Positions 26,129 through 39,595 of a stretch of 64,000 nucleotides of DNA are shown piece by piece. The position numbers and the translations under genes were made by a program. The notes under the pieces are model-generated. The model saw only the letters and a list, made by a program, of their open reading frames with translations, did no database searches and was not told where the DNA came from. Location of the stretch: NCBI GenBank assembly GCA_964016885.1, contig OZ024741.1, positions 293,880,001 to 293,944,000 of the forward strand. Direction: 5' to 3'. The stretch is from Eledone cirrhosa (taxonomy: Eukaryota). Each line of letters opens with the position of its first letter. The stretch's first letter is position 1.

Positions 26129-26799
26129 AGAATTGAGATGTGGGGGTTGTGGTTTTTCTTGCATCTGGTTCTGTTCAAATGTTACTTCTGTTTTATGTGA
26201 ATAAAAGTGGCTCGAATTGCTAGATTTAAAAAAAAATAATTTGGTTGGTTGATGACTGTCACATGAATAAGTATAATACATTTCCTGCCAGTTCGCATTG
26301 CAAAGTTCTTATTGTATTTGTCATTAAAATATGGCTCAAATTGTTGTCTTTTTGTATATGTGAAATTTGGTTGGTTGATGACTGTCACATGAATAAGTAC
26401 ATCAACTTTCACCACAGTTCATATTTGGGGGTTCTTTATTGCCATTTTCACAATCACATGATTTGTCATAGAGTGTTATGTGCCAAACAAAAGATAATGG
26501 TCAAGAAATGGGAGGGGGAGAAATCGTTCTGGTTCAATGCTTATGGCTGATGTGCTGAGGTGTCAAAATTATATATGTGTGTGTCTGTGTGCACACAGAT
26601 AGAGAGCAGAGCAGGGAGATAGACATTTTCCTATTTCTTTACTTACACATTTAATCGTATAATATTTCAGTTTTCTAGAAAGTAACACAGCAGAAAGTGA
26701 AACTGAGATTCAAATAGAATCCAAATTGTTCAAAGATATTAGATCAACTTACATCATACTTTATATACATGATATCAACTTGCATTATACTTAGTTATA

Positions 26800-26896
26800 C
26801 TAGGTTAACTTTGCCTTTCATCCTTACGGGGTCGATGAAATAAAGTACCAGTAATGCACTGGAATAATTACTGGCCTTGTGCCAAAAGTAGAAATA
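26800..26896 (+). mobile_element. 5'-truncated Meta-like SINE with 16-bp TSD
   Basis: TSD ATTATACTTAGTTATA at 26784-26799 and 26897-26912. Confidence 0.8.
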
Positions 26897-27448
26897 ATTA
26901 TACTTAGTTATATGTAGATGATATCAACTTACTCACCAATCCTAATGTGTATAGATCATATCAACTTTCCCATTTGATATTATAACTATTAAATTTAGCA
27001 TTGTTTTTGTATTCAATTTTCATTGGACAGCAATTTAAATCTACTTAATTCACTATGACTTGCTACTTTTCTAATTGTTTTGTTGGGAAATTTAGAAGCA
27101 CTATGTTTAGTAAATTGAAATTTTACATAGGAAGCCGTTAAAGGTGTAGAATTATTTTTTAGATATTACTTCTTTAAATATGAGATATCTTGTTTCTGGA
27201 AATTCATGATGGAATATGAATTTACTCAGAGGGGTTAGAAATTGTGAAAATTCAAAATGAAGTAAGAATTTATTCACAGATGTCAGAAATCAAATTTTAT
27301 TTATACTTTCCTTTAGATAAAATATCTTTAATTCATCCACACTTATAATAACATGAATTCATTAGCAAGATATTATAATCACGATGTTTCAACATATTAT
27401 AATCACAATGTTTGACATAAAAATAGATTTTATACAACCTTATAAATA

Positions 27449-27626
27449 GTTTCTTCTTTTGGCACAAGGTCAGCAATTACCCCAGTGCATTACTGGTGCT
27501 TTACTTTATGATGAAAGGCAAAATTAACCTCGGCAGGATTTGAACTCAGAACGTTAAGGGCTATTGTTCTATGCTGCAAAGCATGGTGCCTGACGCGTTA
27601 CCAATACTGCTAATCTACCACCCTAG
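27449..27626 (-). mobile_element. Meta-like SINE with 13-bp TSD
   Basis: TSD AACCTTATAAATA at 27436-27448 and 27627-27639. Confidence 0.8.
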
Positions 27627-29055
27627 AACCTTATAAATATAACACACAAAAATAGTCAATCAAAGTGAAAAACAACATCAATTCAACACTGTGTCAATCA
27701 GTCACACATCTCAAGTAGCATCAGCATCTCCCTCTAATACTTTTTGAGGCAACACAATAAATATCTTGGTTATGGAAATTCATGACAGAAGAAGAATTTA
27801 CACACAGAGATACAATTGTTTTTCGTGTAGCCAATATTTCAGCGAAACTGTTCTTTAGCAGACTAAGTAGTAGTTTTCTACCACCTCTGATTAAAGTCAT
27901 AGATATTCAATTATGATTTTCCATGAATAAGATTTCTTATACCTAAATGGACAGATGACAGGTTTAAATGAGTGCAAAAAATAGCTCACTAACTAGTCTG
28001 TCAGTTTTATATGACTGCAAGGGAGTATAAACTATGTTTATATATATATATGTGTGTGTGTGTATATATATCCCACGTTCAATCAGAGGTAACCACAGTA
28101 AGTAAGGTACTCAATACATAGCAGAGTATACATTTTTAATACAGAAATGGCTTCTACAGGACTAGAACTGTTTCATTCGAATGAAACAGTTCTAGTCCTG
28201 TAGAAGCCATTTCTATATTATATATATATATATATATGTATCATCATGACCATCATTTTACATCTGCTCTGTGTATTGGATGGGTCATTACAGTTCAAGT
28301 CAGTTCTCATTAAGGGGTTACTACTGTCCAGATTGGTTAGAGTATCAAGTCTCAGTCATATGTTTCCTTTGAAGCATGATTACTATGGCTTGATGCCCTT
28401 CTTGACAACAACCACTTTACAGATAGTACTGAGTACTAACTCTATAGAGTTTGTCATGTTCTCTACAAGACTAAAGGCTCCTCTCAACCCTATGTGTTTC
28501 CATTCATTCACAATCCAAATTAGAGAATAATCTCGGTGCATCTTATCATGCCACTACCCCAAGAAAGGATGCCTTTTATCTTGAAAAACTTAACAGTATT
28601 GATTACTCTACACAGGAAGTGTGATGGTCCATTGTGTAATGCACAAACAAACATGGTGCAATCCTTCATAGCTTGTTAGAGAACACCTAAAACTAAAGCT
28701 CCAGGAAGGCTTTTTGGTAGCTTGATGAGAATTGAACTCATGGATTCTATTATTATTTAACAATGCATTTCATCCTTACGGAGTCGATAAAATAAAGTAC
28801 CATTAATGTACTGGGTAATTCCTGGCCTTGTGCCAAAAGTAGAAACAATTATTTAACAATGCATAGTTACATGCCTTTACATTCTAAGTTCAAAACCCGC
28901 CAGTGTTAGCTTTACATTTCATCCTTATGGGGTCGATAAAACAAAGTACCAGTAAAGAACTGGGGTTGATTTTAATCGAATTCCCCTCCCACCCCCCCAA
29001 AAAAGAATTGTTGGCCTTGTGCCTAAATCAGAAATAATTATTATTTAACAATCCG

Positions 29056-29245
29056 GCGGTGGATTGGCAGTATCGGCAGAGGGTCGGACGCCATGCTTTG
29101 CAGCAAAGAGTTACGGCCCTTTATGGTCTGAGTTCAAATCCCACCGAGGTTAACTTTGCCTTTCATCCTTACGAGGTCGATAAAATAAAGTACCAGTAAT
29201 ACACTGGGATAATTGCTGGCCTTGTGCCAAAAGTAGAAATAATTA
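29056..29245 (+). mobile_element. tRNA-derived SINE with Meta-domain-like core, full length, with target-site duplication (TSD)
   Basis: GGCGGTGGATTGGCAG..GAGTTCAAATCC..GCCTTTCATCCTTACGAGGTCGATAAAATAAAGTACCAG; ATTATTATTTAACAATCC on both sides. Confidence 0.85.
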
Positions 29246-30477
29246 TTATTTAACAATCCATCAAGATATGCTGATCACACCCTCCCAAGATGCTGAAATA
29301 AAATAACAGAAGGATACACCTTTTTAATTCAATGTATCTAGAACTAAATTATTACATGTGTAGTTCCTGTTTTAAGATGGTAGGCAGTAATTTGAAAGAG
29401 ATTTAGCTACTATATTTAGCAAATTAATCAACTACATAGTTCAATATTATTTCTTTTGCTGTAAAAGAGGAATATTTGAATGGAATTTTTTTGTCTGCCA
29501 GAAATGACTAATTAACTCATCAGTTGGCTATAAATGTTTAATTATCACATCAATTAGTTAACAAATATCTGATTAACATTTCATTGAGCTACCTACGACT
29601 GACTAAATAACACACTTCATTACATGACAAATTACCACAGAAAAATACTTCAATGACACAGAAAGGAGTAATTAAGATTTTAATGATGATATATGATTGG
29701 GGAACAGAGAAAAAGTAATAACAAAATTAAATTGCTATTTTTTCCCTGCTGCTCAGTCAGAAGGAAGGGCACTGCCTATATGACACTTTTCAGTGCCTTT
29801 CAGACAGGTGGGTGGTTGTGTGGCATCCTTAGAACCTTCTGTTACCAACCGGGCCAAAACCGAATGTTTCTATGAAATAAAACCATCCCTTTAAAAGTTT
29901 CCAAATTAAATTAAAATCTTCCAACATAATTCTATATAAGAACCTTACATTAATTTACTATCTTAGGAATGAAATAATTAATAATTTAAGTAAATCCCTC
30001 AAAATTCTTCATTAATTAATTGAAGTAGAGTGTATTTCATTAGAAATGTGATCATGAAAGCATTATACCAGAGAGCTGGCTTAAATTCTTGCAATAGAGT
30101 AGGCTCCACTAAAGGCACTCAAGATCAAAGTATACATAAATTAACGTTTATATATTTTTTATTCATTAAATTAATAACTCTTCCAGTGATAGTTCTGTTT
30201 CTTTCTCTAAGAATTCTTAAACAAGAAAACAGAACAACAGTCATTCTTCTTCTTTGCCCACTTATTCCTGGGAGGGTCTTTGTGCTCACAAGTACACTTA
30301 ATTTGATACAGAGATATTGCTCTCGGTATCACTCTGCTTCCCTCAGCAAAATATATAGTGGCTATTGCTACCAACTTTCATTATGCCCTCATCCTCCCCC
30401 ATTCCCATCACTGCCTTTATCTGCCTGGCCGAGGATGCAACAATTGCTCTAGTGTTGGTATAACAATAGAATTCAGG

Positions 30478-31035
30478 CAATACACTCTATAAAGTGATAG
30501 TTCTGGTGCCACAATAAAATGCCCTTGGCCCACTCTTAAGTGGCAGTGCTAGTGCACCCAGCCTGGTCTATAAAGTGATAGTTCTGGTGCCACAATAAAA
30601 CGCACCTGGCCCACTTTGTAAAGTGGTAGTATTGGTTCCACAATAAAATACAGCCAGGCCATGCTGTAATGTGGTAGTGTTGACACACAATAAAATGCAT
30701 CCAATTGATTATGTAAAGTAGTTGCGTTGGTATAGTGATAAAATACAGCTGCCCACATTCTAAAGTGGTAACACTGTTGTCATGATAAAATGCACTCAAT
30801 CTGCTTTGTGAAGTGATAAATCTGGTATCATAATAAAAATGCGCCCAGTCAATTCAGTAAAATGGGAGTGCTGGTGCCATAATAAAATGATCTAAGTTCA
30901 CACTATAAAGTGTTTAATATTAGGGAGGGCATCAAATTGGAAGATATGAGCAGGGCATAGTCATCTGACCTGTCTTGTCTCAGGCTGTGATGACCTGGCC
31001 AACCAATGACAGCATAGAAAGATGATGATGATGAT
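30478..31035 (+). repeat. Array of about 10-11 diverged ~42-bp units ending in an RTE-type 3' terminus
   Basis: Unit approximately CACTCTGTAAAGTGGTAGTGCTGGTGCCACAATAAAATGCACCCAGCC, followed by TTAGGGAGGGCATC..CCAACCAATGACAGCATAGAAA(GAT)n. Confidence 0.8.
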
Positions 31036-31047
31036 GCACCAGCAGCT

Positions 31048-31092
<45 letters not shown>

Positions 31093-31174
31093 TGACCACA
31101 CATATTCTCTACATTAAATTATAATATATTGTAGTCATCAATTCCAGAAACTATCTTTTACTATTTTCTCTCCA

Positions 31175-31356
31175 TTGGCAGTATCGGTAGAGGGTCGGAC
31201 GCCATGTTTTGATGTATAGAGTTACGGCCCTTGCCATTTTGAGTTCAAATCCCGCCGAGGTTAACTTTGCCTTTCATCCTTACGGGGTCGATAAAATAAA
31301 GTACCAGTAATGCACTGAATAATTGCTGGCCTTGTGCCAAACGTAGAAACAATTAT
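31175..31356 (+). mobile_element. Meta-like SINE
   Basis: Homology to 29056-29245. Confidence 0.8.
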
Positions 31357-32699
31357 ATTTTTATTGTGCTAACTCTCTCTACAGTCCAAACAATGTTTCT
31401 TTTGGGGAGTGGAAATTATGTTAACATTACAGCTTTTCATTGGCTAAATACAGTAACACTGCTACAAGATCATTGGTGGAAAGAAATTAAGACAGAAAAC
31501 CATATAAACTTCTGTCTTTCTTCTTTATCTTAATTTTTTTTTCAGCTTTCTGCATCTTTGTACACATGCACACACACATGTGTGCGCGCGAAAATACATA
31601 CATTCACTTTCAATACCTGCACTTTTATGCATGTAAAAGAATACACACAGACACTCATAAATTCACTCAATCACTCTAATTTGACATATATACATACATA
31701 CACACATGGGTACACATATATAATCACTTTAATTTCATGCATGTATAAACACACACATTAAAGCCTCAATTTTCACACATGCAACACCTCCCCCACCTCA
31801 CACAGACACAAGAAAAATAAAATATATACACAAACATGTACACAAACACATACACACGCATGTACACTTACATACACACAGAAACAAACACACACTCATG
31901 TAGATGTACACAGACGCATAAAGTAAAACACATAAAAACATATACACGTACATACTGAAACACACATGCACACGTACATACACATACAAATACATACACA
32001 CATAAAATACAAATACACTCATATATAAAACACACACATATATATATAAAACATGCACAGATACACACATGTACATGTAAACACACATATATAAAACAGA
32101 CATACACACACACAGTTAAGGTAAAACACACATACACATAAAATACATATGCATGCATACACAAACACACAAATGTATAAGTATACATACACATATACAC
32201 ATACAAATACACGTACACACACACATATACAATCACACACGCATGTACACGTACACACACACCTATACAAACACACACACATGTACACATATACACACAT
32301 ACAGAAACACACACATACGTACACACACATGTACACGTACACACATACACACACACACACACCCACTTAAGGTAAAACACACATACACATAAAAAAACAT
32401 ATGCACACATACACAAACAAACACTAACATGCACAAGTATACACACGTATACACGAACAAACACTCACATGTACACGTACACACACGTATACACACACAA
32501 ACACTCACATGTACACGTACACACAGTTAAGGTAAACTAAGACAAGAAATATGAAATTATGTTCTATTGAAATCCATTCTTTTATTTCTATAATTTTACT
32601 TCAATGAAATATTTTCCTCTTTTAAACATTGTGTAAATTAAATTTATCTTATGTATAGATTCTACTGTTGTCTAGCTTGTTGTTGTTGTCGTGGTGATA

Positions 32700-35340
32700 G
32701 GCAGTTGGTGGTGGTGGTAGGTGATGTGGTGCTGGTAGTGGTGGTGGTGGTGTGGTGGTGGTGGTGGTGGTGGTAGGTGATGTGGTGCTGGTAGTGGTGG
32801 TGGTGGTGTGGTGGTGGTGGTAGGTGGTGGTAGGTGATGTGGTGCTGGTAGTGGTGGTGGTGGTGTGGTGGTGGTAGGTGATGTGGTGCTGGTAGTGGTG
32901 CTGGTGGTGGTGTAGTGGTGGTGGTGGTGGTGGTAGGTGATGTGGTGCTGGTAGTGGTGGTGGTGGTGTGGTGGTGGTGGTGGTGGTAGGTGATGTGGTG
33001 CTGGTAGTGGTGGTGGTGGTGGTGTGGTGGTGGTGGTGGTGGTGGTAGGTGATGTGGTGCTGGTAGTGGTGGTGGTGGTGGTGTGGTGGTGGTGGTGGTG
33101 GTGGTAGGTGATGTGGTGCTGGTAGTGGTGGTGGTGGTGGTGGTAGGTGATGTGGTGCTGGTAGTGGTGGTGGTGGTGGTGGTGGTAGGTGATGTGGTGC
33201 TGGTAGTGGTGGTGGTGGTGGTGGTGGTAGGTGATGTGGTGCTGGTAGTGGTGGTGGTGGTGTGGTGGTGGTGGTGGTGGTGGTAGGTGATGTGGTGCTG
33301 GTAGTGGTGGTGGTGGTGGTGGTAGGTGATGTGGTGCTGGTAGTGGTGTGGTGGTGGTGGTGGTGGTGGTAGGTGATGTGGTGCTGGTAGTGGTGTTGGT
33401 GTGGTGCTGGTAGTGGTGTTGGTGTGGTGCTGGTAGTGGTGTTGGTGTGGTGGTGGTGGTGGTGGTGGTAGGTGATGTGGTGCTGGTAGTGGTGTTGGTG
33501 TGGTGCTGGTGGTGGTGGTAGGTGATGTGGTGCTGGTAGTGGTGTTGGTGTGGTGCTGGTGGTGGTGTTGGTGTGGTGGTGGTGGTGGTAGGTGATGTGG
33601 TGCTGGTAGTGGTGGTGGTGGTGGTGGTGGTAGGTGATGTGGTGCTGGTAGTGGTGGTGGTGGTGTGGTGGTGGTGGTGGTGGTGGTAGGTGATGTGGTG
33701 CTGGTAGGTGATGTGGTGCTGGTAGTGGTGTTGGTGTGGTGCTGGTGGTGGTGGTAGGTGATGTGGTGCTGGTAGTGGTGTTGGTGTGGTGCTGGTGGTG
33801 GTGTTGGTGTGGTGCTGGTGGTGGTAGGTGATGTGGTGCTGGTAGTGGTGTTGGTGTGGTGCTGGTGGTGGCGTGGTACTGGTAGTGGTGTTGGCAGTTG
33901 GTGTGGTGCTGCTGTGGTGCTGGTGTGGTGGTAGGTGGTGTGGTGCTGGTAGTGGTGTTGGTGGTAGGTGGTGTGGTGCTGGTAGTTGTGTTGGTGTGGT
34001 GCTGGTGGTGGTGGTAGGTGATGTGGTGCTGGTAGTGGTGCTGGTGGTGGTGTGGTACTGGTAGTGGTGTTGGCAGTTGGTGTGGTGCTGGTTAGGTGGT
34101 GGTGGTAGGTGGTGTGGTGATGGTGGTAGGTGGTGTGGTGGTGCTGGTAGTGGTGTTGGTGTGGTGGTGGTAGGTGATGTGGTGCTGGTAGTGGTGTTGG
34201 TGTGGTGCTGGTGGTGGCGTGGTACTGGTAGTGGTGTTGGCAGTTGGTGTGGTGCTGCTGTGGTGCTGGTGTGGTGGTGGTGGTAGGTGGTGTGGTGCTG
34301 GTAGTGGTGTTGGTGGTAGGTGATGTGGTGGTGGTAGGTGATGTGGTGCTGGTAGTTGTGTTGGTGTAGTGCTGGTGGTGGTGGTAGGTGATGTGGTGCT
34401 GGTAGTGGTGCTGGTGGTGGTGTGGTACTGGTAGTGGTGTTGGCAGTTGGTGTGGTGCTGGTTAGGTGGTGGTGGTAGGTGGTGTGGTGATGGTAGTGGT
34501 GTTGGTGGTAGGTGGTGTGGTGCTGGTAGTGGTGTTGGCAGTTGGTGTGGTGCTGGTGTGGTACTGGTGGTGGTAGGGGTGTGGTAGTGGTGATGGTGTT
34601 GGCAGTTGGTGTGGTGGTGGTTGTCATGATAGTTGGTGTGGTAGTTGGTGTGGTGGTGGTGCTGGTGGTGGTGGTGAGTGGTGTGGTAGTGGTGTGGCGG
34701 TGGTAGTGATGGTGTTGGCAGTTGGTGTGGTGGTGGTTGTCATGATAGTTGGTGTGGTAGTTGGTGTGGTGGTGGTGCTGGTGGTGGTGGTAAGTGGTGT
34801 GGTAGTGGTGTGGCGGTGGTAGTGATGGTGTTGGCAGTTGGTGTGGTGGTGGTTGTCATGATAGTTGGTGTGGTAGTTGGTGTGGTGGTGGTGCTGGTGG
34901 TGGTGGTAAGTGGTGTGGTAGTGATGGTGTTGGCAGTTGGTGTTGTGCTGGTAGTGGTGGTGGTAGTTGGTATGATGATGATGTTGTTGTTGTTGTTGTG
35001 ATGGTGGTGGTGGTGGTGTAGTGGTGGTGGTGGCGTTAGTTGGTATGATGATGATGTGGTGGTGGTGGTGGTTGATGATGCGATATTGCCGTGGTGGTGG
35101 TGATGGTGGTGATGGTGGTAGTAGTTGGTGTTGTTGATGATGATGATGATGTTGATGCTGTTGTGGTGATGGTGGGATATTATTTATGTTGTAGTAGTTG
35201 CTGCAAATATTGTTGTGGTGGTGTTTTTATATTGCTGTTGCTGTTGTGATGATGGTGGCTGTTGATGATGTTGTTGTTGTTGTTGTTGAATTTGATATTG
35301 TAGCTGTTCTTGTTGATGACTATAATGATGATGGTGGCCA
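32700..35340. repeat. (TGG)n-derived compound minisatellite
   Basis: Recurrent GGTAGGTGATGTGGTGCTGGTAGT(GGT)n units; higher-order repeats in 33860-34940. Confidence 0.9.
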
Positions 35341-35451
35341 TGTTGGTGTTATGAATAAGACACAGCTATTTACAGTGTATAGAAACTGTATAGAAGGTGT
35401 ATAGAAGGTTTTCTATGAACTTTTGTATGTCTGTTGTTAGCTGAATAGCTG

Positions 35452-35870
35452 GTGTGTGTATGTGTGTCGGTAAATATATGGGAGTGTGGTCGTGTGTGTG
35501 TATGTGTGTCGGTAAATATATGGGAGTGTGGTTGTGTGTGTGTATGTGTGTCGGTAAATATATGGTTGTGTGTGTGTATGTGTGTCGGTAAATATATGGG
35601 AATGTGGTTGTGTGTGTGTATGTGTGTCGGTAAATATATGGGAGTGTGGTCGTGTGTGTGTATGTGTGTCGGTAAATATATGGGAGTGTGGTCGTGTGTG
35701 TGTATGTGTGTCGGTAAATATATGGGAGTGTGGTCGTGTGTGTGTATGTGTGTCGGTAAATATATGGGAGTGTGGTCGTGTGTGTGTATGTGTGTCGGTA
35801 AATATACGGGAGTGTGTGTGTATGTGTGTCGGTAAATATATGGGAATGTGGTTGTGTGTGTGTATGTGTG
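35452..35870. repeat. 42-bp minisatellite, about 10 copies
   Basis: GTCGGTAAATATATGGGAGTGTGGTCGTGTGTGTGTATGTGT repeated. Confidence 0.9.
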
Positions 35871-35954
35871 TTTTTTTTTAGGGGCGAGTATATGGTTGTG
35901 TGTATGTGTTGGTAAGTACGTACAAGTCTGTATGTGTATGTGTTGCTGAATATG

Positions 35955-36475
35955 TGGGTTGCATGTGTTGTTGTGTGTATGTGGCATTGTGGTTGTATGT
36001 GTTGTTGTGTGTATGTGGCATTGTGGTTGTATGTGTTTTTGTGTGTATGTGGGATTGTGGTTGTATGTGTTGTTGTGTGTATGTAGGATTGTGGTTGCAT
36101 GTGTTGTTGTGTGTATGTGGGATTGTGGTTGCATGTGTTGTGTGTATGTGGGATTGTGATTGTATGTGTTGTTGTGTGTGTGTGGGATTGTGGTTGCATG
36201 TGTTGTTGTGTGTATGTGGGATTGTGGTTGTGTGTATGTAGGATTGTGGTTGCATGTGTTGTGTGTATGTGGGATTGTGATTGTATGTGTTGTTGTGTGT
36301 GTGTGGGATTGTGGTTGCATGTGTTGTTGTGTGTATGTAGGATTGTGGTTGCATGTGTTGTGTGTATGTGGGATTGTGGTTGTATGTGTTGTTGTGTGTA
36401 TGTGGGATTGTGGTTGTATGTGTTGTTGTGTGTATGTAGGATTGTGGTTGTATGTGTTGTGTGTATGTGGGAGTG
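35955..36475. repeat. 33-36-bp minisatellite
   Basis: GGGATTGTGGTTGYATGTGTT(GTT)GTGTGTATGT repeated. Confidence 0.9.
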
Positions 36476-37104
36476 TGTATGTATGTTGGTGAGTATGTGC
36501 ATGTGTATGTATGTGTTGGCGAGTGTGTGGGGGAGTAAGTGGTTGTGTGTATGTATTGGTATGTGTATGTGTGTGTGTGTGCATGTGTTGGTGAGTATAT
36601 GGGAATGTATGTGTGCATTGATGAGTATGTGAGAGTGTGTGTATATGTTGGTATGTGGGAGTGTGTATGTAGATATCATTTCTATATAAAATAGATATAA
36701 TAATAAGTTGACAAGACTAGCATGGGTTTCACTACTAGTACTGGTGGCATCTCAGCATACTCAATAGGTAATGTTAAGTAAACTCCCAGAGTAGACACAT
36801 AGTTATTCACTTTAACACAACACATGTAAATGGGTACCTTCAATCTATACCCGAACTTGAGTTTCTGCCACACTTAATACAACAATAGAGTGCATGGCAT
36901 CCACTAAAATAAATATATAAATCTTCATCATCATCATTAACATCCATTTTCCACACTAGCATGGATTAGACGGATTGTCCCATTAAGGGCAACTTATATA
37001 TATATATATATATATTGAACCCTAACCTTCAGATATGAGGATGGGATGAGAAGGAAGAAGGATATATATATGTATATATTTGAATATATTTTTGAATGTG
37101 TATG

Positions 37105-37135
<31 letters not shown>

Positions 37136-37171
37136 TATAAGAACAAAAGATAGTTAAAAGAGTTCCATGTA

Positions 37172-37238
37172 TTTTTTTATGCGCATTTCAAAAACAAATA
37201 TCATCATGCAATAATATTTGTGTTTTCATCAGATAAAA
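37172..37238 (-). ncRNA. Hammerhead candidate, homolog of 4482-4548
   Basis: TTTTAT-CTGATGA-..-GAAA-TGCGCA-TA/AAAAAA, with one stem I mismatch. Confidence 0.7.
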
Positions 37239-37336
37239 CAGGAAGACATGAAATGAAGGTTAAAAAACACTTGTGGATAGTTCAGTTTTAAATCAACATT
37301 GTGCTTTATTGTACTACAATAAAACTCACCTCCTAC

Positions 37337-37374
<38 letters not shown>

Positions 37375-37377
<3 letters not shown>

Positions 37378-38310
37378 AAAAAGAGATGAAATCGAAAATG
37401 CAACTGGAGTCTTATTTTTTTTTTAAATATATATATTTATTTGGTTCCGTTACCGGTTTCGCAGTTCTTCTGCTTTTCAAAAGGTGAGTTGAGATGGAGG
37501 GTCTGTGGTTTTTCTCACATCTGGTTGGTCTCTGAATGTTACTTGTTTTATATGGAAAAAGTGGCTCGAAATGCCAGGTTTTTCGAGAAGTAATTTGATT
37601 GGTTTGTCAATAATTATAATAAATTTCGCGCCAGTTCGCGTTACAATAGTTCTTCAAATAAGAGGGGAGGGTTGTCACAGGTTGTTTTTTCATATATGAG
37701 TGTTGAATTTCTTTTTACTTGAAAAAAGGGGCTCACGAAGGCTTTTTTTTGGTTGGTTATAAATGAAATTATGGTTGTCACGTGAACAAGTTTTCATTAA
37801 ATTTTCGTGCCCTTATTTGGAAATCCATTCTGTAGCCTTTTTAGAGAATTTTATGATAAGTGAAAGATAATGGTCAAGAGAAAGGGATGGGAGAATTGTT
37901 CTGGTTCAGTGAATATGGTTAGTTCGCTGGGGTGTCAGAGTTCAGATTTTCTATTGAATAAAGAAAGTAAAGATATGTATGTTTATTTGTGTGCTTGTGT
38001 GTGTGTGTGTGTTGTGTGTGTGTGTGTTTGAATTTCTTTACTTTAAAAAAAAGGTGGCTCACGAAGGCTTTTTTTTAATAAACGTGATTTGATTGGTTAT
38101 AAATGAAATTTGGCTGTCACGTGAACAAGTTTTGATTACATTTTCGCACCCTTAATTGGAAATCTATTCTGTAGCCTTTATAGAGAATGTTATGACAAGG
38201 GAAAAATAGTGGTCAAGAGAAATGGGATTGGGAGAATTGTTCTGGTTCAGTGAATATGGTTAGTTCGCTGGGGTGTCAGAGTTCAGATTTTCTATTGAAG
38301 TAAAGATTTG
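37375..38310 (-). mobile_element. Probable PLE 3' UTR remnant with internal tandem duplication; related copy at about 26040-26570
   Basis: Homologous to 26040-26570 and carries a hammerhead fold. The upstream end translates to a decayed FFIQ.KI.TLTP..TN, resembling a PLE endonuclease terminus. About 37705-38030 is duplicated at about 38030-38340. Confidence 0.6.
37447..37484 (-). ncRNA. Minimal hammerhead candidate, U3-A8 variant
   Basis: CCTT-TTGAAAA-GCAG(AAGAA)CTGC-GAAA-CCGG-TA/ACGG. Confidence 0.7.
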
Positions 38311-38751
38311 TATGTTTATTTGTGTGCTTGTGTGTGTGTGTGTGTGTGTGTATGTGTGTATTGGAAGATGATTCTATTAGTAGAAATGGGGGAGGGAGTT
38401 GTGTGTATATGGGTGTTATGTGTGTGTGTGCGAGTATGTTAAGATGGAGAGAATATATATTTTGTGTGTGTGTATATATGTGTGTAGGAAAGTGGTTCTA
38501 TTAGTAGAAATGGGGGAGGGAGTTGTGGGTGTGGGGGTTGTTATGTGTGTATGGGTGTTATGTGTGTGGGAGTATGGTTAGCATGTTAAGATGAAGAGAA
38601 TATATATATATATATATTTTGTGTGTGTGTGTGTGTAGGAAAAGGATTCCTTTAGTAGGAATATTTTTGAATGAACATATTTTCCTTACTTATTCGTATT
38701 TGTTCTGTTGTATTGTCAGTGCAAACGTATGTTAAGGTTTATTTAGTTCGG

Positions 38752-38830
<79 letters not shown>

Positions 38831-38847
38831 AATATATATATATATAC

Positions 38848-38949
<102 letters not shown>

Positions 38950-39094
38950 ATATACATATATATATATATGTATATATATATAAATAGAATAGAATGAAAC
39001 GAAATTTCATTTCTCACTCTTAGTACGGCACTTACTTAAATGTAAGTATGTATGTATACGTACATACATATATGTATACAGACGTACAGTAGCA

Positions 39095-39144
<50 letters not shown>

Positions 39145-39291
39145 TGCTACTGTACGTCTGTATACATATATGTATGTACGTATACATACATACTTACATT
39201 TAAGTAAGTGCCGTACTAAGAGTGAGAAATGAAATTTCGTTTCATTCTATTCTATTTATATATATATACATATATATATATATATGTATAT

Positions 39292-39390
<99 letters not shown>

Positions 39391-39537
39391 TATACATACA
39401 GGCACACATATATATATGTACGTATCAGTTTAGCGAACATTTATTATAATGTTCGCTTTGTTCGTTTGTAAATGTTCGCTAAACTGATACGTACATATAT
39501 ATATATGTGCCTGTATGTTTATATATGTATATATATG

Positions 39538-39595
<58 letters not shown>

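Noticed and set aside
30478-30920. CRISPR array
   Set aside because: Animal DNA, no cas genes, no unique spacers between identical repeats; the units match RTE 3' UTR modules.
32672-34627. 651-aa Thr/His/Pro-rich ORF resembling a mucin or histidine-rich protein
   Set aside because: A (CCA)n-derived minisatellite that lacks stops by composition; the repeat phase drifts among frames; no signal peptide or splice support.
35366-36679. Long His/Thr ORFs in several frames
   Set aside because: Products of the 42-bp and 36-bp minisatellites.
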